Assembly: GCA_963662625.1 (NCBI GenBank)
Contig: OY759726.1
Coordinates: forward strand, 704,001-768,000
DNA: 64,000 nt
Reading direction: 5' to 3'
Source of the DNA: Nitrosopumilus sp.
GTDB lineage: Archaea; Thermoproteota; Nitrososphaeria; Nitrososphaerales; Nitrosopumilaceae
Shown one piece after another: positions 40,638 to 51,040 of the stretch. The translations under genes were made by a program, and so were the position numbers. Each line of letters begins with the position of its first letter. Position 1 is the stretch's first letter. The notes below the pieces were generated by a model that ran no database searches, had not been told where the DNA came from, and saw only the letters and a list, made by a program, of their open reading frames with translations.

Positions 40638-42412
40638 TTCGTAACCTTCACTCCCGTGATTGATTTAAACTGTTCCTCCATGTCGGCGGCCATCTGGTCG
40701 AGCTTCGGCATCTCCTCGTCCTTGATGTCCATCCGCGCCTTCATGAGGGAGCCGATTATCGACATGCCCCGGATGTCCGGCAGGGTGGCCCCTTCCTTGA
40801 GGGCCTGCTGGCCCCTCTGGTAGAACTTGACCATCAGTTTCATCAGGTTGTACTGTTTTTCCGGGCTGCAGTAGGTGTCCACCTCGTCAAACGAGTTCTG
40901 CTGCAGCAGCCCGATCTTGACCATGCGTGCCACCTCGAGGATCAGCTTCTCCTCGTCGGGCAGCGCCTCCGGCCCCAGGAGCCTGACGATCTCCTTTAGC
41001 GTGTCCTCCCTCTGCAGGATCCCGTACGCCTCGCCCCGGAGCGCCAGCCAGTCGTCGCTGATGTGCTCGCCCCACCACTTTGAGATGTCGGATAGGTAGC
41101 CCGAGTAGCTGTTCATCCAGTTTATGGAGGGGTAGTGCCTAGAGTACGCGAGCTTCGCGTCCAGCGCCCAGAAGGTCTTGATGAACCTCATGGTATGCGT
41201 CGTGACGGGCTCCGTAAAGTCTCCCCCCGACGGGGACACGGCGCCCACCAGCGTCACCGAGCCGTCGCGGTCCGGGCTGCCCATCGCCCTGACGCGGCCG
41301 GCCCTCTCGTAGAATTCTGCCAGCCTGGACGCAAGGTATGACGGGTATCCCTCTTCTGCGGGCATCTCCTCGAGCCTCCCGCTCATCTCCCTGAGGGCCT
41401 CGGCCCACCTGCTCGTGGAGTCCGCCACGAGGACGACGTCCATCCCCATGTCCCTGTAGTATTCGGCGATCGTCACGCCGGTGTATATGCTCGCCTCCCT
41501 TGCGGCCACCGGCATGTTGCTCGTGTTTGCCACCAGGACGGTCCTGTCCATGAGCGGCTTTCCGCTGCGCGGATCCTTGAGGTGCGGGAACTCGATCAGG
41601 ACCTCCGTCATCTCGTTGCCCCGCTCGCCGCACCCGATGTAGACCACTATCTGCGAGTCGGCCCATTTCGCGATTTGGTGCAGCGTCACGGTCTTACCGG
41701 TACCGAACGCGCCCGGGATCGAGCCCGTCCCCCCCTTCGCGATGGGGAAGAACGTGTCGATTATGCGCTGCCCGGTGAGGAGCGGGACGGTGGGATCATA
41801 ACGCGTGTTGTAGGGGCGCGGCTTTCGTACCGGCCACTTGTGGTACATCTTCAGGGGGATCGACTTGCCGTCCTTTTCGGCGGAGGCGATCTCCGTCTCC
41901 AGGTCGTACTCCCCCTCCGCCACGATGCTGGTGATCTTCCCGCCCGGGTGGTCGGGCGGGACCATGATGGAATGCTCTATGAGGTCCGTCTCCTGCACGG
42001 TGCCGATCACGTTCCCCGGCGCCACCTCGTCGCCGCTGCTGGCGGAGGGCACGAAGTGGTACTTCTTTGTCATGTCCACGGGATCCGTGGTGATGCCCCT
42101 GCCGATGAACGGGCCCGACGCCTTCGACAGCTCCTTCAGCGGCCGCTGGATCCCGTCGTAAAGCTGCCCGATGATCCCGGGCCCCAGCAGGACGCTGAGC
42201 GGGTTCCCGGTGCCGATCACCGGCTCTCCAGGCTTCAGGCCGCTGGTCGACTCGTAGACTTGGATGAACGCGACGTCGCCGGTCAGCCGGATGATCTCGC
42301 CGATCAGCTTCGAGTCGCCCACCACGGCGGTCTCGTACATTTTGGCGTCGGACATGCCGTCTGCCTTTACTGCCGGGCCGCTGACCCAGACTATCCTACC
42401 TTGGGCTACCAT
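40634..42412 (-). CDS. atpA: A/V-type ATP synthase subunit A
   Basis: [24 protein letters not shown]; no intein. Confidence 0.97.
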   Translation of the reverse strand: MVAQGRIVWVSGPAVKADGMSDAKMYETAVVGDSKLIGEIIRLTGDVAFIQVYESTSGLKPGEPVIGTGNPLSVLLGPGIIGQLYDGIQRPLKELSKASGPFIGRGITTDPVDMTKKYHFVPSASSGDEVAPGNVIGTVQETDLIEHSIMVPPDHPGGKITSIVAEGEYDLETEIASAEKDGKSIPLKMYHKWPVRKPRPYNTRYDPTVPLLTGQRIIDTFFPIAKGGTGSIPGAFGTGKTVTLHQIAKWADSQIVVYIGCGERGNEMTEVLIEFPHLKDPRSGKPLMDRTVLVANTSNMPVAAREASIYTGVTIAEYYRDMGMDVVLVADSTSRWAEALREMSGRLEEMPAEEGYPSYLASRLAEFYERAGRVRAMGSPDRDGSVTLVGAVSPSGGDFTEPVTTHTMRFIKTFWALDAKLAYSRHYPSINWMNSYSGYLSDISKWWGEHISDDWLALRGEAYGILQREDTLKEIVRLLGPEALPDEEKLILEVARMVKIGLLQQNSFDEVDTYCSPEKQYNLMKLMVKFYQRGQQALKEGATLPDIRGMSIIGSLMKARMDIKDEEMPKLDQMAADMEEQFKSITGVKVTN

Positions 42413-43009
42413 CTACGATCTGACTCCGAATATGGTGGCAATTTCTTTCCTTATTAAAGGCTTCAGACGTTGGATGCGGGCGTCGATGGTATTGTCAAAC
42501 TTCATGGTGCCGTCCTTGGACTTGGCCACTATGCCGCCCAGGCAGTCTACCGCCTCGTCCGAGAGCTCCGCGCCCGGGAGCTGGGAGACGGCCGACTGCA
42601 CCACCTCCCTGTCCTTGGAGTTGGTAAATACGACGATCTCGGTGGTTCCCAGGATGCCGGTCGACTCGTCAAGCAGCGTCTTGACTAGGTTCGCATAGTC
42701 GCCGCCCCTGTCGGTGCCCTCTATCTGCCCTATGGCCTTTGCAAACACGTCGTCTACGGTCCGCTCGATGGCGACGAGCTGCTTGTTCCTGGCCTCGAGA
42801 TCGGAGCTCCCGACGATCTGTTTTTTAATCTTGTCGGCTTCCTTGTTGCCCTCCATTATGATCTTGTCGTATTCCTGCTCCAGCCTGGGCAGCGCGTCGT
42901 CCAGTTTTTGCAGGGATTCGGAATGGGAGCCCTCGAGGCTTGACAGGATGTCGCTTCCCGTCTTGTCGAGGATTTTGTCTATGGCCTGTTCCAATGAATT
43001 TGAGCCCAA
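42413..43009 (-). CDS. atpE: A/V-type ATP synthase subunit E
   Basis: LGGIV..DNTIDAR; operon position. Confidence 0.9.
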   Translation of the reverse strand: MGSNSLEQAIDKILDKTGSDILSSLEGSHSESLQKLDDALPRLEQEYDKIIMEGNKEADKIKKQIVGSSDLEARNKQLVAIERTVDDVFAKAIGQIEGTDRGGDYANLVKTLLDESTGILGTTEIVVFTNSKDREVVQSAVSQLPGAELSDEAVDCLGGIVAKSKDGTMKFDNTIDARIQRLKPLIRKEIATIFGVRS

Positions 43010-43281
43010 TGGTGGTTGTCAATTAATAATGGATTTTAATGTTTGGGAAGCGCAGGTGCGGGTATCCATGCACCCGGCGCTACATGCACCCAAACCGCGT
43101 TCGGCCCCCCCCCCGCTTTCCGGAAATTCCCGGGTTGCCCGTTGCGGTTCGGGCCGCTTTCGGGCGGTGGCAAGAACTGGTTTAATTACGTGTGGGTTGG
43201 AGGTGATACGGGGACAATGCCAGACTGCATGATCGGGCGGGGCGGGATTTCAACCCGTGGAAGCCTGCACGGGCGGGCGCC

Positions 43282-43842
43282 GTGACCAGCCATAGCAACC
43301 ACGGCCTCGTCTCGCTGGTCAGCGATTTGATGGCCAGGGGCGCGGGGGACCGGGAAAAGCTGGAGCGGATCAGATCCTACTGCGAGCAGGGAAAGGCGCT
43401 GCTCGCCCCGGACGAGAAATACGTGGTGGATCTGGCCGCGGAAGAAGGACTGGCGGTGCCTCCCACCCGGATGTCAGGATACGGAGAGTCTCCGGACCGG
43501 GGGGACGCCGTGATCAGCTATAGAAACCACAACCTCCTCAGGCTGGTTAGCGATTTGATGATCAGGGGCGTGGGGGACCGGGAAAAGCTGATGCAGATCA
43601 AGTCCGACTGCGAGCAGGGAAAGGCGATCTTCGCCTCGGACGAGAAATACGTCAGGGATCTGGCCCCGGAAAGACACGGCACGGATTCGGTAGGAGTCCG
43701 GGGCTGGCGCTCCGGGGCGATGCCGGCAGGATGGGGCGGGGCGCGGGGCGGGGCAGGCGTTACAAAAATGGTTTCCCGCTCAATGTCGGTCTTCAAGTCA
43801 AGGGGCAGTTCCATCTTCAAGAAAAGGTTCCGGCGAAAGTGA
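43282..43842 (+). CDS. Hypothetical protein with a duplicated ~50-aa domain
   Basis: NH.L..LVSDLM.RG.GDREKL..I.S.CEQGKA....DEKYV.DLA occurs twice. Confidence 0.65.
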   Translation: MTSHSNHGLVSLVSDLMARGAGDREKLERIRSYCEQGKALLAPDEKYVVDLAAEEGLAVPPTRMSGYGESPDRGDAVISYRNHNLLRLVSDLMIRGVGDREKLMQIKSDCEQGKAIFASDEKYVRDLAPERHGTDSVGVRGWRSGAMPAGWGGARGGAGVTKMVSRSMSVFKSRGSSIFKKRFRRK

Positions 43843-44040
43843 GCGCGGGGCGGCGGGCCGCGGCGTCCGATGCGGGCGCGCGGCGCGGCAGCCACGTTTG
43901 GCGGGCGGGATATGCCGGCCCGGCGCTCGCCGGGGAAGAGGCCCGGCCGTGATCGGCGCGTCCGGGGCCGGGCGGTCTCCCGGCACGCCGGGGGACGCCG
44001 GTGCAGTTAGCTTTTAAGTGAGCAGGTTCGAGGAGAACCA

Positions 44041-45600
44041 TTGAGGGCCGTTCTCTGCATCATTGCCGCGTCTTTTCTCGCAGTCGGGGCGGCACACCCG
44101 GCCTTTGCGCAGTACGACGACGCGCTGGTGGTGCTGGAGACGCCGCAGGGCCAGATCGTGATGGAGTTCTTCCCAGGTGACGCCCCGGACCACGTCGCGA
44201 ACTTTGTGGAACTGGCCAGGAGCGGCTTTTATGACGGCACGGTGTTTCACAGGATAATCCCCGGCTTTATGATCCAGGGGGGCGATCCAAACACGGTCAG
44301 CGGCGATCCCGGCACGTGGGGAACCGGCGGGCCGGGGGCGGCGGTGGCCGCCGAATTCAACACCATCAAGCACAACCGCGGGATCGTCTCCATGGCAAGA
44401 TCCGCGGACCCGGACAGCGCCGGCTCCCAGTTCTTCATAGTCCACCAGAACTCGAACTTTCTTGATCAGCAGTACTCGGTGTTTGGGCGGATCGCCACGG
44501 ACCAGAGCTTTGAGACGCTGGACAGGATTGCGTCGGTGACGACCTCGTTCCAGGACGCGCCGGAGGACCCGGAGATGGTCAGGATCCTTTCGGCAAGCGT
44601 CGTCGGCCGGTCGGACGTGCCCGGGCTCCTGTCCCCCGGCGAGCCGGAAAGGGTGGGCGCCGCGCCGGAGCCCGCCCAGAACCAGCTCTACGAGGACCCG
44701 GAACTCGGAATCGTGTTCTCGGCGCCTCCCGGCTGGCTGCTGCAGAGCCCCCAGAAGACCAGCGAGGACGTCCCGGACATCGTGGCCGTCGGGCAGTCAG
44801 TCGGGGTGGTGACGCCGGTGATCTCCCTGACCGTGCAAGACACCAAGGGGATGACGCTTGACGAGATGATCCGGTCCAAGGAACAGATGCTGGAGCCCGT
44901 GCTGTCCACGGGGGTGCTCAAGATCATCTCGCAGGAGAGGTCCACGGTGCGGGGCATGGACGCGTATACCACGGTGGCGCTAGGCACGTTCGAGACCGAC
45001 GACGGGATGCAGGACATAAAATTCAAGGACATAATGATGTACGGGCCAGGAAAGCTCTACACCATGGCATACAGCAACGGGATAGACGAGTTTGACTCCC
45101 AGCTGCCGCGCTTTGAAGAGTCGGTGCGATCCGTCGGGCTGGCCGGCGCCGCGGATCCCGCCGGGTCCCCGGGCGCGGCGGGCGAGGAACCCGAGGAGCC
45201 CGATGGGCAGCCCGGCGCCGGGGATCCCGCCGGCGGAGGGGGGTGCCTGATCGCCACCGCCACCTTCGGCTCCGAGCTTGCACCCCAGGTGCAGGCGCTA
45301 AGGGAGATCAGGGACGGCAAGGTGATGGGCACCGCGGCCGGCGCGGCGTTCATGGGCGGGTTCAACCAGGTCTATTACTCCTTCTCGCCCGCGGTGGCCG
45401 ACCTGGAGCGGCAGAACCCGGCCTTCAGGGAGGCCGTGAAGATCGCGATCACGCCGATGCTGTACAGCCTGTCGCTGCTGGACCACGCCGAGGCCGGCTC
45501 GGAGCACGGCATGCTTGGCTGGGGCCTGGCGGTGCTCATGCTGAACGTCGGGATGTACGTCGCGGCGCCCGCGGTGGCGATCAGCAGGATCAGGCGGTAG
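44041..45600 (+). CDS. Secreted cyclophilin-type PPIase with a C-terminal CFI-box domain
   Basis: FHRIIPGFMIQGGD, SMAR..DSAGSQFF, GGCLIATATFGSELAPQV. Confidence 0.9.
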   Translation: MRAVLCIIAASFLAVGAAHPAFAQYDDALVVLETPQGQIVMEFFPGDAPDHVANFVELARSGFYDGTVFHRIIPGFMIQGGDPNTVSGDPGTWGTGGPGAAVAAEFNTIKHNRGIVSMARSADPDSAGSQFFIVHQNSNFLDQQYSVFGRIATDQSFETLDRIASVTTSFQDAPEDPEMVRILSASVVGRSDVPGLLSPGEPERVGAAPEPAQNQLYEDPELGIVFSAPPGWLLQSPQKTSEDVPDIVAVGQSVGVVTPVISLTVQDTKGMTLDEMIRSKEQMLEPVLSTGVLKIISQERSTVRGMDAYTTVALGTFETDDGMQDIKFKDIMMYGPGKLYTMAYSNGIDEFDSQLPRFEESVRSVGLAGAADPAGSPGAAGEEPEEPDGQPGAGDPAGGGGCLIATATFGSELAPQVQALREIRDGKVMGTAAGAAFMGGFNQVYYSFSPAVADLERQNPAFREAVKIAITPMLYSLSLLDHAEAGSEHGMLGWGLAVLMLNVGMYVAAPAVAISRIRR

Positions 45601-45604
45601 CCCG

Positions 45605-46945
45605 CTACCAGACGTCGTCCACCTCGTCGAGGGCCTTGTATTCCTTGCCCTCCTCGCGCTTCATGAATTTCAGCCTCGAGATGTCCCTGTCAAAGAGAAA
45701 GTCGATCATCCAGTCCAGCATGACGTGCACCTGCTTGTCAAACGCGCTCATCTTGGACAGGTACACGCTCCTCCATATTATCCAGGCCGGAAACCCAGAG
45801 ATGTTCATGCCCAGGAACGTCGCGACCCCGGTCCTCTTCCCGATGATCGCCATCTGGCCCTTGGAGCGGTACTCGAATTTTTTCATGCCCGTGTTCCTTA
45901 TCAGCGCCTCCAGGTTCCCCGCGGCCGTCTTGGCCTGGGCCTCTGCAATCTGCGCCGTGGGCGGGAACGGCCTTCCGCTCTCGGGATCCACGAACAGCAT
46001 GCAGTCCCCGATGGCGAATACCCCCGGGAACTCCCGGACCTGCAGAAAGTCGTTCACGATGACCTGGCCCTTCTCCGTCTTGAAGACGGACCTCTTGATC
46101 GTGTTGACCGGGGTGACTCCCGCCGTCCATACCAGCGTCTTGGTCATCATGGACTCCGTCCCGGGCCCGGCCCCCTTGGCCACCGACTTTGTCGTGACCT
46201 CCGTGCCGTCAAAGCCGGTCACTGCAGTCTCCAGCCTGATGGCTATCCCCCTCTCGACCAGCTTGTCCCTCGCGAACGTGGCAAGCTTGTCGTTGAACCC
46301 CGGGAGGATCATCGGGAAGGCCTCCACGACGCTCACCTTGATCTCGTCCTTGCGGATGGTCGGGTAGTGCTTCCTGGCGTCGAGCAGCAGATCCAGCAGC
46401 TCCCCGGCGGTCTCGATGCCGGCGAAGCCGCCCCCGACCACGACGAAGTTCAGGAAGCTCCTGCGGAGGATCGGGTCCGTCTCGTTGTCGGCCTGCTCGA
46501 GCATGTCTATGGCCCTGTTCCGCAGCATCACCGCGTCGTTCAGCGTCTTCATGGTGTAGGCGTTCCTTTCCACGTCGGCCATGCCAAAGAAGTTGGTCTC
46601 GCTGCCCAGCGCGATCACCATGTAGTCGTAGTGGATGGAAAAGCTCCGCTTGTCGCCGGTCCCCCACAGCGTGACCAGCTTCCCGTAGGGGTCGATGTTC
46701 TTTATCCTGCCCTCGTAAAACTTCGCCTTCTTGCAGATGGTCCTGATCGGCATGACTATGTGCCGGGTCTCCACCATCCCGGAGGCCACCTGGGGCAGCA
46801 TTGGGGTAAACAGCAGGAAGTTGTCCTCGCTGATCACCACTATCTCGATGTCCGGGTCGCCGGCGAACCGGCCCTCCAGCTGCTTGGTGCACTTGACGCC
46901 GGCAAAGCCCCCGCCGATTACCACTATCCTCTTCTTCTTCCCCAA
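45605..46945 (-). CDS. Type II NADH dehydrogenase-like FAD oxidoreductase
   Basis: Two GGGFAG motifs, FTPML, FAIGD, AQ.A..Q. Confidence 0.88.
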   Translation of the reverse strand: MGKKKRIVVIGGGFAGVKCTKQLEGRFAGDPDIEIVVISEDNFLLFTPMLPQVASGMVETRHIVMPIRTICKKAKFYEGRIKNIDPYGKLVTLWGTGDKRSFSIHYDYMVIALGSETNFFGMADVERNAYTMKTLNDAVMLRNRAIDMLEQADNETDPILRRSFLNFVVVGGGFAGIETAGELLDLLLDARKHYPTIRKDEIKVSVVEAFPMILPGFNDKLATFARDKLVERGIAIRLETAVTGFDGTEVTTKSVAKGAGPGTESMMTKTLVWTAGVTPVNTIKRSVFKTEKGQVIVNDFLQVREFPGVFAIGDCMLFVDPESGRPFPPTAQIAEAQAKTAAGNLEALIRNTGMKKFEYRSKGQMAIIGKRTGVATFLGMNISGFPAWIIWRSVYLSKMSAFDKQVHVMLDWMIDFLFDRDISRLKFMKREEGKEYKALDEVDDVW

Positions 46946-46956
46946 CCGCCCCCAAC

Positions 46957-47619
46957 CTACCGCAGGATGTCCGAGTCCAGGACGTCGTACGCCCGGGAGG
47001 CGTCGCGCTCGTCCAGGATTATCGTGATGTTGTCCAGCCCGAAGAACGCGCTTTCCAGCTCTATGCCGTTCTCGTGGAGCACCTCGGCCACGTAGGACAC
47101 CACGTCCGACTTGTTCTGCCCCGCGGGGATCGAGATCCTGATCTTTGCGAGGCCCGTGCTGAACATGCCCTCCCTGGGCGGGACGCCCTCAAATATCTGC
47201 CTGACGTCCTCCAGGTCCTCTGCGAGGAACCTGAACGAGTCCGACACCCTGAAAAAGTCATAGTTGTCGGTCACCTTGGAGAACTTGTCCAGGACGGCCG
47301 CCGGATCCACCGCCTCGGAGTCCCGCACCGAGATCTTGACGTCCATTATGCCGTTGGTCAGGGCAAGCCGCGCGTTTTTCAGGACCGACCCGTCCCTCAC
47401 GCCCTCCTTTGTCTCAAGGGCGTCCGCGTACCGCTTTATCGCCACCACGATCGTGTTGAGGTTCACCGGCGCCCCGGCCCCCTTCTCGATCTCGGGCTGG
47501 ATCTTCACCGCCAGCGCGGTATAGTTTATCAGGTCCATCCTCATGCAGTCGTAGATCGACCTGTTCCGGGCGATTATAGTCCTGACCATCTCGGGCACCG
47601 ACACGTTTGAGATCCTCAT
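46957..47619 (-). CDS. ACT-domain protein, possible regulator
   Basis: LINYTALA..TIVVAIKRY N-terminus and ACT-like C-terminus. Confidence 0.7.
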   Translation of the reverse strand: MRISNVSVPEMVRTIIARNRSIYDCMRMDLINYTALAVKIQPEIEKGAGAPVNLNTIVVAIKRYADALETKEGVRDGSVLKNARLALTNGIMDVKISVRDSEAVDPAAVLDKFSKVTDNYDFFRVSDSFRFLAEDLEDVRQIFEGVPPREGMFSTGLAKIRISIPAGQNKSDVVSYVAEVLHENGIELESAFFGLDNITIILDERDASRAYDVLDSDILR

Positions 47620-47627
47620 AAAGTAAC

Positions 47628-47714
47628 ATTATATAATGTCAGTTATAATAGCATTATGTAATAAATCCTGTAACTATTGCAAATATTTATATTATGTCAT
47701 GCCTATTACATAAT
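47628..47714. promoter_or_regulatory. Four ATTAyrTAAT palindromes in the divergent promoter of hsp20
   Basis: 47628 ATTATATAAT, 47653 ATTATGTAAT, 47691 ATTATGTCAT, 47705 ATTACATAAT. Confidence 0.6.
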
Positions 47715-47724
47715 AGAGGTGAAT

Positions 47725-48219
47725 ATGACAGTGTTCTTTGACGAATACGAAAAAATCTTCAAACGCATGTCACGCCCCTTTTTTGACATAGGCGACATCG
47801 TGGAGGATCTAGAAAACAATTCCGGTACCGGCCCGTTTTACTACGGCTATACCGTGACCGTCGGTCCCGACGGAAAACCGGTGGTGAAGGAGTACGGGAA
47901 TGTAAAGCCGGGGCTGCTCCCGACGGCGGACGTCAGGGAGCCGATCGTCGACGTCATCGGCGGCGAGAAGGAGGGGCACGTGAAGCTCGTGGCAGAGATG
48001 CCGGGCGTCGAGAAGGGCGACGTGAAGATCACCGTGCACGACAACGTGGTTGACATATCTGCCAGCCGCGGGGACAAGAGGTACCAGGCCAAGATCCCGC
48101 TCAGGCACCAGGTAGACGAGGGTTCCGCAAGGGCGGCCTACAAGAACGGCGTCCTGGAGCTGTCGTTCAAGCTGCCAGAGTCCGCAAAGCCCGACGTCAG
48201 GACCGTGAGGGTGGAGTAG
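47725..48219 (+). CDS. hsp20: Small heat shock protein
   Basis: YYGYTVTVGPDGKP, AEMPGV.K, A.YKNGVLE; GAGGTGA SD. Confidence 0.92.
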   Translation: MTVFFDEYEKIFKRMSRPFFDIGDIVEDLENNSGTGPFYYGYTVTVGPDGKPVVKEYGNVKPGLLPTADVREPIVDVIGGEKEGHVKLVAEMPGVEKGDVKITVHDNVVDISASRGDKRYQAKIPLRHQVDEGSARAAYKNGVLELSFKLPESAKPDVRTVRVE

Positions 48220-48363
48220 CCGCCCCGCGTTTTTTTTTTTGCTGCGGCTCGGCCGCGCCGTGGGGGCGCGGCCGGTCCCGCGCCCGAGATCCTGGCTTGT
48301 GCGGCAAACTGGCCCATTGTAAACCTCTTTAAATTGGTGCGGCCCGATTATGTACGGTAGGGC

Positions 48364-50562
48364 ATGGACAAGGTGGTTTTGACGGTTCAGGAGCTCCCGC
48401 AGGAGCACATCGGCATGGGGCATGCGCTGGTCGACCCCAAGGTGCTCAAGGAGAAAGGATGGAAGGCGGGCCAGGTCCTGGAGCTGTCCCACAACAGGAA
48501 GACGTACGTGAGGCTCCCCCCGTCGTCCATCCGCCAGGTCGGCAAGAGGATGATCAGGCAGTCCATCACCAAGGTGAGGGACCACAGCAGGCTGTTCGCC
48601 TCCGGCGGATCCGACGCCGCGATGATCGGCATCGACGGCACCACCAGGCGCAACATCGGGGCCGGGATCGGGGACAGGATCACGGTAATGTCGGCCGGGG
48701 CCGCGGACGCGTCGCAGATCACCATATCGCCCACGAGGGAGATCGAGCTGGGGGGACTGGAGGAGTACATGAGGGATACGTACCGGGGGCAGGTCTTTAC
48801 GGTCGGGGACACCATCACCCTGGACATCCAGGGAAACGAGAGGGTCAGGTTCGTCGTCACGAGCACGAGTCCCGTGCGAAAGCCCGTGATCGTCACCGGC
48901 AAGACGGCGTTCAAGCAGGGGGGGATGACCAAGGAGGTGGACACCACGGTGTCCCTGGTCAGCTATGACGAGCTGGGCGGCTTCAAGGACGAGATCCCGA
49001 AGGTCCGCGAGATGGTGGAGCTGCCGCTGAGGCACCCCGAACTGTTCGAGACGATCGGTGTGGAGGCGCCAAAGGGCGTGCTGCTGTACGGCCCGCCGGG
49101 CACTGGCAAGACGATGCTGGCAAGGGCGGTGGCCGGGGAGAGCAACGCCCACTTCATAACGGTGAACGGGGGCGAGATCATGGGCAAGGCCTACGGCGAG
49201 AGCGAGAAGAGGATCCGGACCGTGTTCACCGAGGCCGAAAAGAGCGCGCCGAGCATAATCTTCATGGACGAGATAGACGCCATCGCGCCAAAGAGGGACG
49301 ACGTCCACGGCGAGGTGGAGAAGAGGGTCGTCTCCCAGATCCTGACGCTGATGGACGGGATGAAGTCCAGGGGCAAGATAGTGGTCATCGCAGCCACGAA
49401 CAGGCCCAACTCGCTCGATCCCGCCCTGAGGAGGCCCGGCAGGTTCGACAGGGAGATCGAGATAGGCGTGCCCGACGAGGAGGCGAGGCACGAGATACTG
49501 ATGATCCACACGCGCATGATGCCGCTGGGCGCCCGGGTGGACCTGGAGAAGATCTCAAAGGCCACGCACGGGTTTGTCGGCGCCGACATCAGGGCCCTGT
49601 CAAAGGAGGCCGGCATGAGCTCCCTGCGCAGGATCATGCCGGCCATCGCAGCCGACCAGGAGCAGATCCCGGCGTCCATACTGCGGAAGATCGTGGTCAC
49701 CGAGGAGGACTTTGGGCACGCGCTGAAGGAGGTAAAGCCCAGCGCGCTGCGCGAGGTCCTGGTACAGATTCCCAACGTGGGGTTCGACGACGTGGGCGGC
49801 CTCGAGGATCTCAAGGAGGAGCTGCGCCGGGCAGTCGAGTGGCCGCTGCGGTACAAGGACGCGTACAGCTACGCGGACGTCAAGGCGCCAAAGGGTGTGC
49901 TGCTGCACGGCCCGCCGGGAACCGGGAAGACGCTGATCGCGAAGGCGCTTGCGAGGCAGGCCGGCGTGAACTTTATCAGCGTAAAGGGCCCCGAGCTCAT
50001 AGCAAAGTGGGTGGGGGACTCGGAGAAGGGGGTTAGGGAGACGTTCAGGAAGGCGCGCCAGGCCTCCCCGTGCATACTGTTCCTCGACGAGGTGGACTCG
50101 ATGATCCCGAAGAGGGGGGCCGACTCCAGCGCGGGAGGGCGCGTGATCGAGCGCGTGGTGGCCCAGATGCTGACCGAGATCGACGGGCTCGAGGAGCTGC
50201 ACGGCGTGCTGGTGATGGGCGCCACCAACAGGATAGACATCATGGACGAGGCCATGCTCAGGCCCGGGAGGTTCGACAAGATCATCGAGGTGCCAAACCC
50301 GGACTGCGAGGCCAGGGAGAAGATACTGGAGATCCACACGAAGAGGAAGCCGCTGGCGGGGGACGTCAAGATGCCGAAACTGGCCAGGCTGACCGACGGG
50401 TTCAACGGCGCGGAGGTCGAGGCGGTGACCAACACCGCAGCGGTGACCGCGATCCAGAGGTACATCGACGGGGGGAAGGGGGACGTCGAAGAGATCGAGA
50501 TCACCCAGGCCGACCTGGTCGCCGCAATCAAATCCATCAAGCCCGGGAAGAGGCGCCAGTAG
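48364..50562 (+). CDS. CDC48/VCP family AAA ATPase
   Basis: Two GPPGTGKT / DE / RPGRFD modules. Confidence 0.95.
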   Translation: MDKVVLTVQELPQEHIGMGHALVDPKVLKEKGWKAGQVLELSHNRKTYVRLPPSSIRQVGKRMIRQSITKVRDHSRLFASGGSDAAMIGIDGTTRRNIGAGIGDRITVMSAGAADASQITISPTREIELGGLEEYMRDTYRGQVFTVGDTITLDIQGNERVRFVVTSTSPVRKPVIVTGKTAFKQGGMTKEVDTTVSLVSYDELGGFKDEIPKVREMVELPLRHPELFETIGVEAPKGVLLYGPPGTGKTMLARAVAGESNAHFITVNGGEIMGKAYGESEKRIRTVFTEAEKSAPSIIFMDEIDAIAPKRDDVHGEVEKRVVSQILTLMDGMKSRGKIVVIAATNRPNSLDPALRRPGRFDREIEIGVPDEEARHEILMIHTRMMPLGARVDLEKISKATHGFVGADIRALSKEAGMSSLRRIMPAIAADQEQIPASILRKIVVTEEDFGHALKEVKPSALREVLVQIPNVGFDDVGGLEDLKEELRRAVEWPLRYKDAYSYADVKAPKGVLLHGPPGTGKTLIAKALARQAGVNFISVKGPELIAKWVGDSEKGVRETFRKARQASPCILFLDEVDSMIPKRGADSSAGGRVIERVVAQMLTEIDGLEELHGVLVMGATNRIDIMDEAMLRPGRFDKIIEVPNPDCEAREKILEIHTKRKPLAGDVKMPKLARLTDGFNGAEVEAVTNTAAVTAIQRYIDGGKGDVEEIEITQADLVAAIKSIKPGKRRQ

Positions 50563-50633
50563 CCCCGCGCGGCCCCCGCCGCGCCACAGCGATCTTCATA
50601 TACGTAAAATCCCCCCCACAGGTGGGATCAAAG

Positions 50634-51038
50634 ATGCGAAGTGCGACCGTCCTGGGGCTAGTGGCGCTGGCCTCCGCCGTGCTGCTCTTCCAGGGCGCCG
50701 CCGCCCAGGAGGGGCCGGACCCCCCGAGCATGCCGGAGCCGTCGCCCGATCCCGACCCCATCCCCCTGCCCGATCCCGATCCCGTGCAGGAGCCGTTCCC
50801 CGAGGAGACAGACGCGGAGAAGCTGCAGAGGCTGGCCGAGGAGAACGAGGGGCTCAGGGAGGAGAACGCCGGGCTGCGGGACAGGATCGCGGGCCTCGCG
50901 CAGGAGGTCGAGGGGCTGAACGAGAAAATCGCCGAACTGTGGGAGATCATAATGGAGCAGGTCCGGGTCATCATGGGCATGGTGGAGGGCACTGGGGCGG
51001 CGCCGGGCCGCCCGGGCCCCGCCCACCCGAATGCCTGA
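50634..51038 (+). CDS. Secreted protein with a Pro-rich linker and coiled coil
   Basis: Signal peptide MRSATVLGLVAL..., PDP repeats, heptad pattern. Confidence 0.65.
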   Translation: MRSATVLGLVALASAVLLFQGAAAQEGPDPPSMPEPSPDPDPIPLPDPDPVQEPFPEETDAEKLQRLAEENEGLREENAGLRDRIAGLAQEVEGLNEKIAELWEIIMEQVRVIMGMVEGTGAAPGRPGPAHPNA

Positions 51039-51040
51039 CC

